From NCBI RefSeq assembly GCF_000017305.1, contig NC_009664.2, positions 2,400,001 to 2,432,000 on the forward strand: a DNA stretch of 32,000 nucleotides, in the 5' to 3' direction. The DNA is from Kineococcus radiotolerans SRS30216 = ATCC BAA-149. GTDB lineage: Bacteria > Actinomycetota > Actinomycetes > Actinomycetales > Kineococcaceae. A program made the translations under genes and the position numbers. A model generated the notes under the pieces. The model did not search any database. It saw nothing but the letters and a program-made list of their open reading frames with translations, and was not told the DNA's origin. Below, one piece after another: positions 7,844-21,014 of the stretch (positions are counted from its first letter, which is position 1; each line of letters begins with the position of its first letter).

Positions 7844-10549
7844 TCACCGCCCGGGCGGGTTGGGGGGCAGGCGGGGGTGCAGGAGGTGCGCCACGAGCGC
7901 GGTCCACCCGGTCTGGTGGGTCGCGCCGAGCCCTTCGCCGGTGTCGCCGTCGAAGTACTCGTTGAAGGTGGGGTGCTCCTGCCACAGCGGGTCGGGGGTG
8001 GCCTCGATCCGCTGCCCGTCGGCCGGCCGGCGCCCGTCCACGGGGCGGAACAGCGACACGAGGCTGTCGTCGATGAGGTCCGCCGCCTGGACGAGGGTGA
8101 TCCGCTGCCCGGAGCCCTTGGGCACCTCGACCGTGAGGTCGTCGCCGAAGAAGCGCCCGAGGGTGCGCAGCTTGTCGGCGAGGAGGACGTTGACCGGGAA
8201 CCAGACGGGCCCGCGCCAGTTGGAGTTGCCCCCGAACAGGGGGGTCTGGGACTCGCCGGGCTCGTAGACGATGGAGGAGCTCTGCCCCTCCACCGACGTG
8301 GTGATCTCCTGCTTGACCGCCGCCGACAGTGACCGGATGCCGTAGGCGGAGAGGAACTGCTCGGAGTCGAACATGCGGTCCAGCAGCTTGACCAGCCGCG
8401 GCTTGTCGACGAGCGAGAGCAGCATCTGCCGCCCCTCGGGGGTGGAGCGGGTGAGCAGCGGCAGGGTGAGGTCGGGCCGGCGCTTCTGCAGCCAGCCCAG
8501 CCGCATGGTGAGGTCGGGGCACTCCTCGGCGATCCACGACGGCACCTCGGTGGAGCCGAGGATGGGCAGCAGCCCGACCATGGAGGGCACCCGCATGGGC
8601 TCGGCGGTGCCGTCGGGGTGCAGCAGGACGTCGTAGAAGAAGCCGTCCTCCTCGTCCCACAGCGACACGTCCTGGGACCCGAAGGACGTCATGGCCTGCG
8701 CGATGGACAGGAAGTGCTCGAGGAACTTCGTGGCGGCGTCCTCCCAGGCCGGGTCGTGCCGGGAGAGCTCCAGGGCGATCTTGAACATCTGCTGGCAGTA
8801 GAAGGCCATCCAGCTGGTGGCGTCGGACTGCTCGAGGCGGTACCCGGGGGGCAGCTCGGCGCTGCGGTCGAAGAGGCCGATGTTGTCCATGCCGAGGAAG
8901 CCGCCCTCGAAGAGGTTGGACCCGCTGGCGTCCTTGCGGTTGACCCACCAGGAGAAGTTCAGCAGCAGCTTGGTGAAGACGCGGACCAGGAAGCCCTGGT
9001 CCCGGTAGCCGTCGAGGCGGTAGACGTGCCAGGCGGCCCAGGCGTGCACGGGCGGGTTGACGTCGCCGAAGGCCCACTCGTAGGCGGGCAGCTGCCCGTT
9101 GGGGTGCATCGACCACTCCCGGCACATCAGGACGAGCTGCTCCTTGGCGAACTCGGGGTCGACGTGGGCCAGCGGGATGGCGTGGAAGGCGAGGTCCCAG
9201 GCGGCGAACCAGGGGTACTCCCACTCGTCGGGCATGGAGATGACGTCGGCGAGGGCGAGGTGGGTCCAGGTGGTGTTGCGCGCGCCCCGGCGCGTGCGCG
9301 ACGCGGGGGCCGGCTCGGTCTCGGGGTCGCCGCTGAGCCACTGCCGGACGTCGTAGCGGTAGAGCTGCTTGGTCCACAGCAGGCCCGCGTAGGCGCGCCG
9401 CGCGATGTGCCGGTCGGAGGCGTTGAGACCGCGGTGGATGACGGCGTCGTAGAACTCGTCGGCCTCCTGCTCGCGGTCGCGCAGGACGGCGTCGAAGCCG
9501 GGCCCGAAGGTGCTCAGCCCGGGGGCCTGGTGCGACAGCCGCAGCCGGACCTCCACGGTCTGCCCCGGCTCGACGCGGTCGAAGCTGTACCAGAACGCGG
9601 CCTTGGTGCCGGTGCGGCGGGGGTTCACCGCGGAGAGGTCGCCCCGCACGATGCGGCGGTCGATGCCGTCCTTGGTGAACGGCGTGGGGTTGTGGTCGGC
9701 GCCGAAGAGCTCGACGAGGTTGGTCTCGTTGTCGCAGAAGAGCACCTCGGGGCTGCCCTGGGCGGACACGTGGTAGCGCCCGAGGTGCCCGTGCTCGCAC
9801 TCGACGTCCTCCAGCCCCCCCACGGCCAGCACCGGGGGGAGGACCTGGGTCATGGTGCCCCGCCGGCGGTCCCACCCCCAGGACCACGTGTTGCGGAACC
9901 ACACCTGGGGGACGAGGTCGAGGGGGGCGGGGTCGGGTCCGTGGTTGGTGGCCCGGACCACCATGCAGAGGTCGTCCGGCCCGGCCTTGGCGTAGGTCAC
10001 GGTGACGTCGAAGAAGCGGTTCTCGTCGAGGACGCCGGTGTCGCCGAGCTCGTACTCGCGCTCGTCGCGCCCGCGCCGGCGGTTCTCCTCGCGCAGCCGC
10101 TCGTAGGGGAACTCCGCCTGCGGGTAGCGGTAGAGCCACTTCATCCAGCTGTGCGAGGGCGTGCCGTCGAGGGCCCACCAGTACTCCTTGGCGTCCTCGC
10201 CGTGGTTGCCCTCGCCGTTGGTCAGCCCGAAGAGGCGCTCCTTGAGGATGGGGTCCTTGCGGTTCCAGAGCGCGACGCCGAGGTTGAGGAAGCCGAAGCG
10301 GTCGCAGACCGCCCCCAGACCGTCCTCCCCCCAGCGGTAGGCGCGGGCGCGGGCCTGGTCGAAGGGGAAGGCGGACCAGGCGTCGGAGTCGCCGGAGTAG
10401 TCCTCGCGGACGGTGCCCCACTGCCGGCCCGACACGTAGGGCCCCCAGAGGCGCCAGGGGCCGTCGGCCCCGGGTGACTCCGCCATCCGCGCGTGCTCCG
10501 CGCTGCGGTGCCCTGGGACCTGACCCTGCGGTTCGACGGGCTCGCTCAC
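7844..10549 (-). CDS. GH63-like (alpha/alpha)6 glycoside hydrolase (MGH1-like glucosidase family), ~900 aa, cytoplasmic
   Basis: Normal protein composition with many W/Y/F. The conserved block NRKDPILKERLFGLTNGEGNHGEDAKEYWW is one I recognise from large bacterial and fungal GH63-like proteins. GTG 10549 lies 8 nt after GGGAGA. GTG 10573 is an alternative start. The 952-aa ORF on the same strand in another frame is shadow. Confidence 0.72.
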   Translation of the reverse strand: MSEPVEPQGQVPGHRSAEHARMAESPGADGPWRLWGPYVSGRQWGTVREDYSGDSDAWSAFPFDQARARAYRWGEDGLGAVCDRFGFLNLGVALWNRKDPILKERLFGLTNGEGNHGEDAKEYWWALDGTPSHSWMKWLYRYPQAEFPYERLREENRRRGRDEREYELGDTGVLDENRFFDVTVTYAKAGPDDLCMVVRATNHGPDPAPLDLVPQVWFRNTWSWGWDRRRGTMTQVLPPVLAVGGLEDVECEHGHLGRYHVSAQGSPEVLFCDNETNLVELFGADHNPTPFTKDGIDRRIVRGDLSAVNPRRTGTKAAFWYSFDRVEPGQTVEVRLRLSHQAPGLSTFGPGFDAVLRDREQEADEFYDAVIHRGLNASDRHIARRAYAGLLWTKQLYRYDVRQWLSGDPETEPAPASRTRRGARNTTWTHLALADVISMPDEWEYPWFAAWDLAFHAIPLAHVDPEFAKEQLVLMCREWSMHPNGQLPAYEWAFGDVNPPVHAWAAWHVYRLDGYRDQGFLVRVFTKLLLNFSWWVNRKDASGSNLFEGGFLGMDNIGLFDRSAELPPGYRLEQSDATSWMAFYCQQMFKIALELSRHDPAWEDAATKFLEHFLSIAQAMTSFGSQDVSLWDEEDGFFYDVLLHPDGTAEPMRVPSMVGLLPILGSTEVPSWIAEECPDLTMRLGWLQKRRPDLTLPLLTRSTPEGRQMLLSLVDKPRLVKLLDRMFDSEQFLSAYGIRSLSAAVKQEITTSVEGQSSSIVYEPGESQTPLFGGNSNWRGPVWFPVNVLLADKLRTLGRFFGDDLTVEVPKGSGQRITLVQAADLIDDSLVSLFRPVDGRRPADGQRIEATPDPLWQEHPTFNEYFDGDTGEGLGATHQTGWTALVAHLLHPRLPPNPPGR

Positions 10550-10651
10550 CGTCACAGTCTCCCAACAGATCACCAGGAGGCGACCTCGGCGTGTCGCCGG
10601 AGGCCCTTGCCGTTGCGGCGCAATGGTTCTCGGCGTCGCGGGGGAGGCGAT

Positions 10652-10681
10652 TTGCCTAGTGGTCGCCCTCCCGTCTAATGT
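10652..10681 (+). promoter_or_regulatory. Candidate rrn promoter (distal)
   Basis: TTGCCT (10652-10657), an 18-nt spacer, then TAATGT (10676-10681, TANNNT type). It lies about 445 nt upstream of the mature 16S 5' end at the start of a lower-GC leader. By-eye match only. Confidence 0.3.
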
Positions 10682-10784
10682 TCTTCATGTCGCCGCGAGC
10701 AACACAGCGGCCACCGGGAGCGACAGGCACTCGGGGGTCGCCTCGGGGTGAGCGGCAGTACGGGTCATCTTGGGCGTCATCGGG

Positions 10785-10814
10785 TTGCAGTTTGGCTTGG
10801 TGTCGGGTTAAGGT
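10785..10814 (+). promoter_or_regulatory. Candidate rrn promoter (proximal)
   Basis: TTGCAG (10785-10790), an 18-nt spacer, then TAAGGT (10809-10814). By-eye match only. Confidence 0.22.
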
Positions 10815-10880
10815 GGGGAAGTTGTCCCTCTTCGGGGGCTCTCCGGTTCGGGGGGTTGTCCGGGTGGGTGCGTCCGGTTC

Positions 10881-10901
10881 TTGAGAACTCAACAGTGTGC
10901 C
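10881..10901 (+). promoter_or_regulatory. Conserved actinobacterial rRNA leader element (BoxA/antitermination-processing region)
   Basis: TTGAGAACTCAACAGTGTGCC. A closely related sequence recurs before the 23S gene (13026-13051). I recognise this TTGAGAACT..CA(A/C)AGTG motif from Mycobacterium and Streptomyces rrn leaders. Confidence 0.45.
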
Positions 10902-11124
10902 AAAAAGTGTTGATGCCATATGTATCAACCCCCAATGGCTGTTCATGTTCTGCTGCATCGTCTGGTGTGGTGGGGGTGGATGGTCGGGGATTCCTTTGGG
11001 ATTGATCTCCGCCTCTTTCACGCCAGTGGGGGGTGGGGTTTTCGAGTCCAAGGGTCAACTATGAAGTGAAATGATCTACATCGCTGACTGTTCCTTTCGG
11101 GGGTGGTTGGGGGTGGAAGGTTTT

Positions 11125-12649
<1,525 letters not shown>

Positions 12650-13025
12650 AGCATCAACCACACCTCACAGACCACCGGCTCCGTCGTGGGTTGGTGGTGA
12701 GGGTGGGTGGGCCGGTTTCTTCGGACGTACGTTCCGGGGCCGGTGCTCAAGGGTGGAACATCAACACGATTCTTTCTGGCTTCTTCTGCTGTCAGTACCT
12801 CCCGCGTGCGGGAGTGGAACGCGGTGGGGAGTTCGGAAAGGGTCTGGCGCACTGTTGGGTCCTGAGGGACCGGCCGGCAACTCCGTCGAGTGATTGACGG
12901 GGTTGCGGGTGGTTTCTTGGTCTGGGCCTGCCTTGGTCATTCACATCGGCTTGCAGAGGGTTGTCACTTCGGTGGTGCTCTGCGGGTGCTGGTGGTGGTC
13001 GTTAGAGGTGGGTGCGGGTTGTCTG

Positions 13026-13051
13026 TTGAGAACTGCACAGTGGACGCGAAC
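13026..13051 (+). promoter_or_regulatory. Conserved 16S-23S spacer element (leader-like antitermination/processing box)
   Basis: TTGAGAACTGCACAGTGGACGCGAAC is a paralogue of the 10881 element and sits about 200 nt upstream of the 23S gene. Confidence 0.45.
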
Positions 13052-13247
13052 ATCTTTTAGTAGTGGTGTTCGTCGAGTAGATAATCCTCTGATGATCGGA
13101 CCGTTGCGTCCAGGGGCTCCTTCGTGGGTGTCTGGGTGGGTGGTCCGTGTCTTTGTGGTTTGGGTTCAAGTTTATCGCCTTGACCCGCATTGATCGTTCA
13201 TCGCTGTTCTCGCTTCGGCGGGTGTGTGGTGGTGGGTGGTGTGTGGT

Positions 13248-16400
<3,153 letters not shown>

Positions 16401-16594
16401 ACGCACCAGTCACCATCACTGCTGAGCAGTGCGGTGGGGTGTGGGGTTGAGGCGAGTACTTGAACGGTTACGAGATCAAGCACCGCTGCTGGTGTTCGCG
16501 TCCATTGTGTGGTTCTCGGGAGAGAACTCGAACACACCACTCTTGCGCAGACTTTCGTCTGTCGGGGGTGGGGTGTGGTTTGATCCTGACCTTT

Positions 16595-16717
16595 GTGGTC
16601 CGGTGGTCATAGCGGTGGGGAAACGCCCGGTCTCATTCCGAACCCGGAAGCTAAGCCCACCAGCGCCGATGGTACTGCTCGGGAGACTGGGTGGGAGAGT
16701 AGGTCACCGCCGGCCAC
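16595..16717 (+). rRNA. rrf: 5S ribosomal RNA
   Basis: GTGGTCCGGTGGTCATAGCGGTGGGGAAACGCCCGGTCTCATTCCGAACCCGGAAGCTAAGCC...GGGAGAGTAGGTCACCGCCGGCCAC. The 5' and 3' ends pair as helix I. The ends are good to about 3 nt. Confidence 0.93.
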
Positions 16718-17104
16718 TCACACTTGCGAGACGTTGAGGGGATTCCCATCTCCTCCTTCCTGCGGGTGCTGCAGCTTGTGCAGCACCCAGCGGGAAGGAG
16801 AGGCGGGGATCCCCTCAACGCATTCCAGGACCTTTTCCAGAGGGTTGCCCGACCTCGGCAGCACGCAAACGTCAACGGCAGCCCCTGGCTGTTCCTGCTG
16901 TCGGACCTCGCGAGCCAGATCCCGTAGGGGCGAGACGCACAGCGATTGCGTTCCGCGTCCCAGAGGGTCGGAGACCCAGCCTTCTCCTCCTGAAGGCACC
17001 TGACCGCTCCCACTGGGGACCATGTCAGTGCCGTGGGCACCTCCGGCTCGGCCCAACGGCCCTGGTACGTCGTCGGTAGCGAGGGCGGCAGCCTGGGTCG
17101 GCAC
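16718..17104 (-). pseudogene. Possible decayed MNT-type nucleotidyltransferase remnant (antisense, abutting 5S)
   Basis: The translation VPSGSGQVPSGGEGWVSDPLG...LRDLAREVRQQEQPGAAVDVCVLPRSGNPLEKVLECVEGIP loosely parallels the MNT pattern hGSxaRGxxxxxSDxDhh ... LxxELexLLGrxVDlVtxxxLxPxLrexIlrEavpl. The DxD is not intact (SDPL), and the ORF runs on through the hairpin. Weak, by-eye only. Confidence 0.2.
16732..16820 (+). terminator. Very long near-perfect hairpin immediately 3' of 5S (probable rrn terminator/processing stem)
   Basis: Pairing checked by hand. Bases 16732-16751 pair with 16801-16820 (20 positions, 1 mismatch, 2 G-U). Bases 16753-16763 pair with 16790-16800 (11 bp). Bases 16764-16773 pair with 16779-16788 (10 bp). 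The loop is 5 nt (16774-16778), with single-nt bulges at 16752 and 16789. No U-tract follows. Confidence 0.5.
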
Positions 17105-17284
17105 CCAGCGTGCTCGTTATCGGCTTTGCTGCTCGTTCCGCGTCCCCGAGGTCCCGGGATACGACGACGCGACGGCCTTCAGGTTGTCCCCGGTTCGCCG
17201 CCAGCCCCTCGATCCCTGTGGACGGGCGAGGACCATCGGCTCTTCCCGTCGGTAGCGTCGAAGGACACCACGGGAGGGCACACC

Positions 17285-17566
17285 ATGAGGTTCGGCGTGA
17301 CGACGGAAGAGCTCACGATTTCGGCGTCAGCCCTGCGGGCGGATGCGGACGGCGTCACCGCGTCCCGGGAGCCGCTGAGCGTGGCCGCGGAATCGGCGGG
17401 GGAGTGGGTGTGCGGACGGGCTCAGCGTGCCGCGCAGGCCTTCTTCGACACCCTCGCGCGAGCGGCTCAGGACGCGGCCGTCGGCTTGCACGAGCTCGGG
17501 GAGCGGGCCGCCGTGGGTGCCGATGAGTACCAGGGCGTCGAGGGGAGGCTGTTCCCGAAGCGCTGA
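17285..17566 (+). CDS. Small WXG100-superfamily / EspC(DUF2580)-like helical protein, 93 aa
   Basis: ATG 17285 is preceded by GGGAGGG (17272-17278). The opening MRFGVTTEELTISASALRADADGV is typical of ESX-associated small proteins. W41-V-C-G44 lies at the predicted central turn. A Y82-Q-G-V-E86 (YxxxE) motif sits near the C-terminus. GC3 by hand count: 12 of 93 codons end in A/T. Confidence 0.5.
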   Translation: MRFGVTTEELTISASALRADADGVTASREPLSVAAESAGEWVCGRAQRAAQAFFDTLARAAQDAAVGLHELGERAAVGADEYQGVEGRLFPKR

Positions 17567-17639
17567 GCCGCGGCAGCCAACCGGGTGGTTCGCTCCGCCG
17601 GCGCTTGATGCCGGCGCCTGGACGGTCGAAATCCTCTTC

Positions 17640-18698
17640 GTGGACGAAGGACGGCACGCGAACCCGGCGCTCCCCCCGACGGCGGACGACCCCGTGGTGG
17701 GACGACGGGTCCGTGGTCTGCTGCACGGTCTCGCCGTGGGCGAGGTCCTCGGCGCGGGGGCCACGACGCGCGGCGTCCTGCGGCACGGTGTCGCGACCCA
17801 GCTCGCCTGCTTCACCGCGGCCGCGAGCATCCGGACCTCTCTGCACCGCTCGGCGACCGGCACCGCCGACGCCCGCGCGGACCTGCTCGACGCCTACCGC
17901 CGGTGGGCCTGGGTCTGGACGGCCCCGGGTCGGCCCCGGGCGGGGGCGACCGCGTGGATCGACGAGGTCCCCCTCCTGACGCACACCCCGGGCGAAGCCG
18001 AGGACACGGTCCGCGGGCTCTCGGCCGGTCCCGGGGGGACGCGGACCGACCCGGTGACGACGGCCGACGGGTGGCACGCGCTGGCCCGGGCCCTGCCGCT
18101 GGCTGCGCAGGTCGTGCGCGACGCGTCCGTCGCCGCGCAGACGGCCATCGACTCCGTCGCCCTCACCCACGGCCCGCGCGCCTTCGCGCCGGCCGGTGTC
18201 GCCGTCCTGCTCGCCGGCGCCGCGCTCAGGACGGGTGACGCCGTGGACGCCGTCGCGGAGGGGATCACCTCGGCGATCCTCCTCGGCCTCGACTTCACCG
18301 CCGTCTCCCTCGTCGACGACGCGGTCCGCGCCGCCCGGGAGACGCCGTCGTCCCCCGTCGTGCTGCGGGCGGGGGCGGCGGACGGGAGCTCGGCGTCCAC
18401 GCTGTGGGGGGCCGTCTACTGCCTGCTGAGCCATCCCGGGGCGTCGAGTGCGCGAGCCGCCCTCGCCCTCGCGGCGGCCTCCCCGCACCCGGTGGCGGTG
18501 TCCGCCGTCACCGGCGCCCTCCTGGGGGCGGTGCACGGGGACGCCGTCCTGCCCCAGGCGGTCCTGACCCGCGTCGACCTCGCCTACGTCATCGACCGGC
18601 TCGCCCGGGACCTGACCCGGGAGAACACCCGCAACCCCGACGGCAGCTGGGGGGCGGCCAGCGACCCCGCCTGGCGCGCGCGCTACGGGATCGGCTGA
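17640..18698 (+). CDS. ADP-ribosylglycohydrolase (ARH/DraG)-fold protein, apparently lacking the canonical acidic metal ligands
   Basis: N-terminal RVRGLLHGLAVGEVLGAG (canonical ...GxAxGDALG...). C-terminal STLWGAVYCLL...AAASPHPVAVSAVTGALLGAVHGDAVLPQAVL (canonical ...GGDTDTxxAIAGALxGAxxG...iP..w). The start is uncertain: GTG 17640, or GTG 17694/17697. The upstream in-frame ATG 17523 was rejected on poor GC3 (10 of 39 codons end in A/T). Confidence 0.65.
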   Translation: MDEGRHANPALPPTADDPVVGRRVRGLLHGLAVGEVLGAGATTRGVLRHGVATQLACFTAAASIRTSLHRSATGTADARADLLDAYRRWAWVWTAPGRPRAGATAWIDEVPLLTHTPGEAEDTVRGLSAGPGGTRTDPVTTADGWHALARALPLAAQVVRDASVAAQTAIDSVALTHGPRAFAPAGVAVLLAGAALRTGDAVDAVAEGITSAILLGLDFTAVSLVDDAVRAARETPSSPVVLRAGAADGSSASTLWGAVYCLLSHPGASSARAALALAAASPHPVAVSAVTGALLGAVHGDAVLPQAVLTRVDLAYVIDRLARDLTRENTRNPDGSWGAASDPAWRARYGIG

Positions 18699-18752
18699 AC
18701 GGCAGCGAGCCCCCGCGGACCGGTGAGCGTCCCCGGGGGCAGCGCCGCGGGC

Positions 18753-20918
18753 TCAGCGGATGTAGAGCATCTCCTGGTAGGTCGCCAGGGGCCACAGGTC
18801 GTCGGCGACGAGCGTCTCCAGCTCGTCGGCCGCCACCCGGACCTCGTGCATCGCCGGCAGCAGGACGTCGCGGGCGTGCAGCGCCCCGTGCGCCTCGTCG
18901 TCGAACGTGGCCGCCTTCAGCACGGCCAGCGCCTCCCGCAGGGCCTTGACCGGAGCCGACACCGCCTCCAGCAGCGAGGTGTCCGCCTCCACCCCGGCCG
19001 CCTTCAGCGCCGCGACGTTCTGCGCGAGCTGGGTCTGGTAGCGGATCGCGGCGGGCAGGACGCTCGTCCCGGCGATCTCGACGGTGAGCTTCGCCTCCAC
19101 GGCGATGCTCAGCTCGTACTGCTCGACGGCGACCTCGTAGCGGGAGTGCATCTCCCGCTCGGTGAAGACGCCGTACCGGCTGAAGAGCTCGATCGCCTCG
19201 GCGGAGATGAGCTCGGGCAGCGCGTCCAGCGTCGTGCGGAGGTTCTTCAGACCCCGTGCCTCGGCCTCGACCTGCCACTGCGGGGAGTAGCCGTCGCCGT
19301 TGAACACCGCAGCGCCGTGGTCGGTGATGATCTGCTCGAGGACCTTCTGCACGGCGTGGTTGAAGTCCTCGCCGCCGGCGACGCGCTCCTCGAGCGCGGT
19401 CGCGATGAAGTCCAGCGCCTCGGTGACGATCGTGTTGATCGTGTAGACCGGCGCGGCGATCGACTGCATCGACCCCGGGGCGCGGAACTCGAAGCGGTTG
19501 CCGGTGAAGGCGAAGGGGCTGGTGCGGTTGCGGTCGCCCGGGTCGGTCGGCAGCACCGGGAGGGTGTCGACGCCGATCGTCATCGTCCCCTTCTCCTTGG
19601 ACGACGTCGCGCCGCCCTTGGCGATCTGGTCGAACACGTCGGCGAGCTGCTCGCCGAGGAAGACCGAGATGATCGCCGGCGGGGCTTCGTTGGCGCCGAG
19701 GCGGTGGTCGTTGCTGGCCGAGGCGACGGAGGCGCGCAGCAGCCCGCCGTAGCGGTGGACGGCCCGGATGACGGCGGCGCAGAAGACCAGGAACTGCGCG
19801 TTCTCGTGGGGGGTGTCGCCCGGCAGCAGCAGGTTGCCGACGGTGGAGGAGCCGAAGGAGAAGTTGACGTGCTTGCCCGAGCCGTTGACGCCCTCGAACG
19901 GCTTCTCGTGGAACAGCAGCTCCATGCCGTGCTCGCGGGCGACGCGCTTCATGGTCACCATGAGCAGCTGCTGGTGGTCGGCGGCCAGGTTGGACCGCTC
20001 GAACATCGGGGCGATCTCGAACTGGCCGGGGGCGACCTCGTTGTGCCGGGTCTTGGCGGGGATGCCGACCTTGAACAGCTCCCGCTCGGCGTGCAGCATG
20101 AAGTCCAGGACGCGGTCGGGGATGGCGCCGAAGTAGTGGTCGTCGAACTCCTGGCCCTTGGGCGGCTTCGCGCCGAAGAGCGTCCGGCCCGCGTTGAGCA
20201 GGTCGGGGCGGGACAGGAAGAAGTTCCGGTCGATGAGGAAGTACTCCTGCTCGGGACCGGCGTAGGACACGATGGTGCCCGCGTCGCCGTGGCCGAACAG
20301 CGCCAGCACGCGCGCGGCCTGGGTGGCCAGCGCCTGCTGGGACCGCAGCAGCGGGGTCTTGTGGTCTAGGGCCTCACCGGTCATCGAGACGAAGACCGTC
20401 GGGATGCACAGGGTCGTCCCGTTGCGGTTCTCCAGGACGTAGGCGGGGCTGGTGACGTCCCAGCCGGTGTAGCCGCGGGCCTCGAACGTCGAGCGCAACC
20501 CGCCGTTGGGGAAGCTCGAGGCGTCCGGTTCCCCCTGGACGAGGGTCTTCCCGGCGAACTCGGCGATGGAGCCGCCGTCGTCGTCGGGCTCGAAGAAGCT
20601 GTCGTGCTTCTCGGCGGTGCCGTGGGTGAGGGGGTAGAAGACGTGCGCGTAGTGGGTCGCGCCCATCTCCAGCGCCCAGTCCTTCATCGCCGAGGCCACG
20701 GCGTCGGCGATGGCCGGGTCCAGCGGGGCCTGCTTCTCGATGGTCGCCACGACGGACTTGAAGACGCCCTTCGGCAGCCGCTTCTGCATGACGGCCTTGG
20801 TGAAGACGTTCCGGCCGAAGATCTCCCCGGGGGCCTCGGCGGGGGCGAAGGTCGGCGTCGGCGCCTCGTAGGCGATGACGGCGTCGATGGCCTGCAGGCG
20901 TGCTGCGCTACCGCTCAT
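18753..20918 (-). CDS. glnN: Glutamine synthetase type III (721 aa)
   Basis: [17 protein letters not shown]... with GS-III-typical blocks: [79 protein letters not shown] 20918 is preceded by GGAG. The length is exactly 722 codons to the stop. The rest of the 1140-aa ORF is shadow. Confidence 0.93.
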   Translation of the reverse strand: MSGSAARLQAIDAVIAYEAPTPTFAPAEAPGEIFGRNVFTKAVMQKRLPKGVFKSVVATIEKQAPLDPAIADAVASAMKDWALEMGATHYAHVFYPLTHGTAEKHDSFFEPDDDGGSIAEFAGKTLVQGEPDASSFPNGGLRSTFEARGYTGWDVTSPAYVLENRNGTTLCIPTVFVSMTGEALDHKTPLLRSQQALATQAARVLALFGHGDAGTIVSYAGPEQEYFLIDRNFFLSRPDLLNAGRTLFGAKPPKGQEFDDHYFGAIPDRVLDFMLHAERELFKVGIPAKTRHNEVAPGQFEIAPMFERSNLAADHQQLLMVTMKRVAREHGMELLFHEKPFEGVNGSGKHVNFSFGSSTVGNLLLPGDTPHENAQFLVFCAAVIRAVHRYGGLLRASVASASNDHRLGANEAPPAIISVFLGEQLADVFDQIAKGGATSSKEKGTMTIGVDTLPVLPTDPGDRNRTSPFAFTGNRFEFRAPGSMQSIAAPVYTINTIVTEALDFIATALEERVAGGEDFNHAVQKVLEQIITDHGAAVFNGDGYSPQWQVEAEARGLKNLRTTLDALPELISAEAIELFSRYGVFTEREMHSRYEVAVEQYELSIAVEAKLTVEIAGTSVLPAAIRYQTQLAQNVAALKAAGVEADTSLLEAVSAPVKALREALAVLKAATFDDEAHGALHARDVLLPAMHEVRVAADELETLVADDLWPLATYQEMLYIR

Positions 20919-20998
20919 GGTGGCTCCGGGTCTCGTCGGCTGTGCGGCCCGGGCGACCACACGCGTGGCGGACGGTAGGCCCGGTGATGACGCGCGAT

Positions 20999-21014
20999 GT
21001 TTCGTCCGTGTGAC
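20999..21014 (-). promoter_or_regulatory. Candidate GlnR box (GTCAC-N6-GAAAC) upstream of glnN
   Basis: On the minus strand: GTCAC (21014-21010), ACGGAC, GAAAC (21003-20999), 81-96 bp upstream of ATG 20918 in sense orientation. It is followed after 7 nt by the weaker a-like site GTCAT. Architecture and distance match the motif at 1137-1152. Confidence 0.4.

Noticed and set aside
7707-10565. A 952-aa ORF on the same strand as the glycosidase gene but in another frame
   Set aside because: The translation is dominated by Arg, Pro, Ala and Gly runs with no hydrophobic core or recognisable motif. The alternative frame (7844-10549) gives a normal, family-recognisable protein. This is a typical high-GC shadow frame.
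16949-17146. A 13-nt direct repeat CGTTCCGCGTCCC (near 16949 and 17133) that might mark element boundaries
   Set aside because: A 13-mer match is within chance expectation for all pairwise positions in 32 kb of GC-biased DNA. The flanks do not extend the similarity.
17523-17639. In-frame ATG 17523 as the start of the ARH-like gene, overlapping the WXG-like gene by 44 nt
   Set aside because: Codon position 3 in this stretch is only about 74% G/C (10 of 39 codons end in A/T), there is no SD, and it would add ~60 aa before the family's N-terminal motif. GTG 17640 or 17694 fits better.
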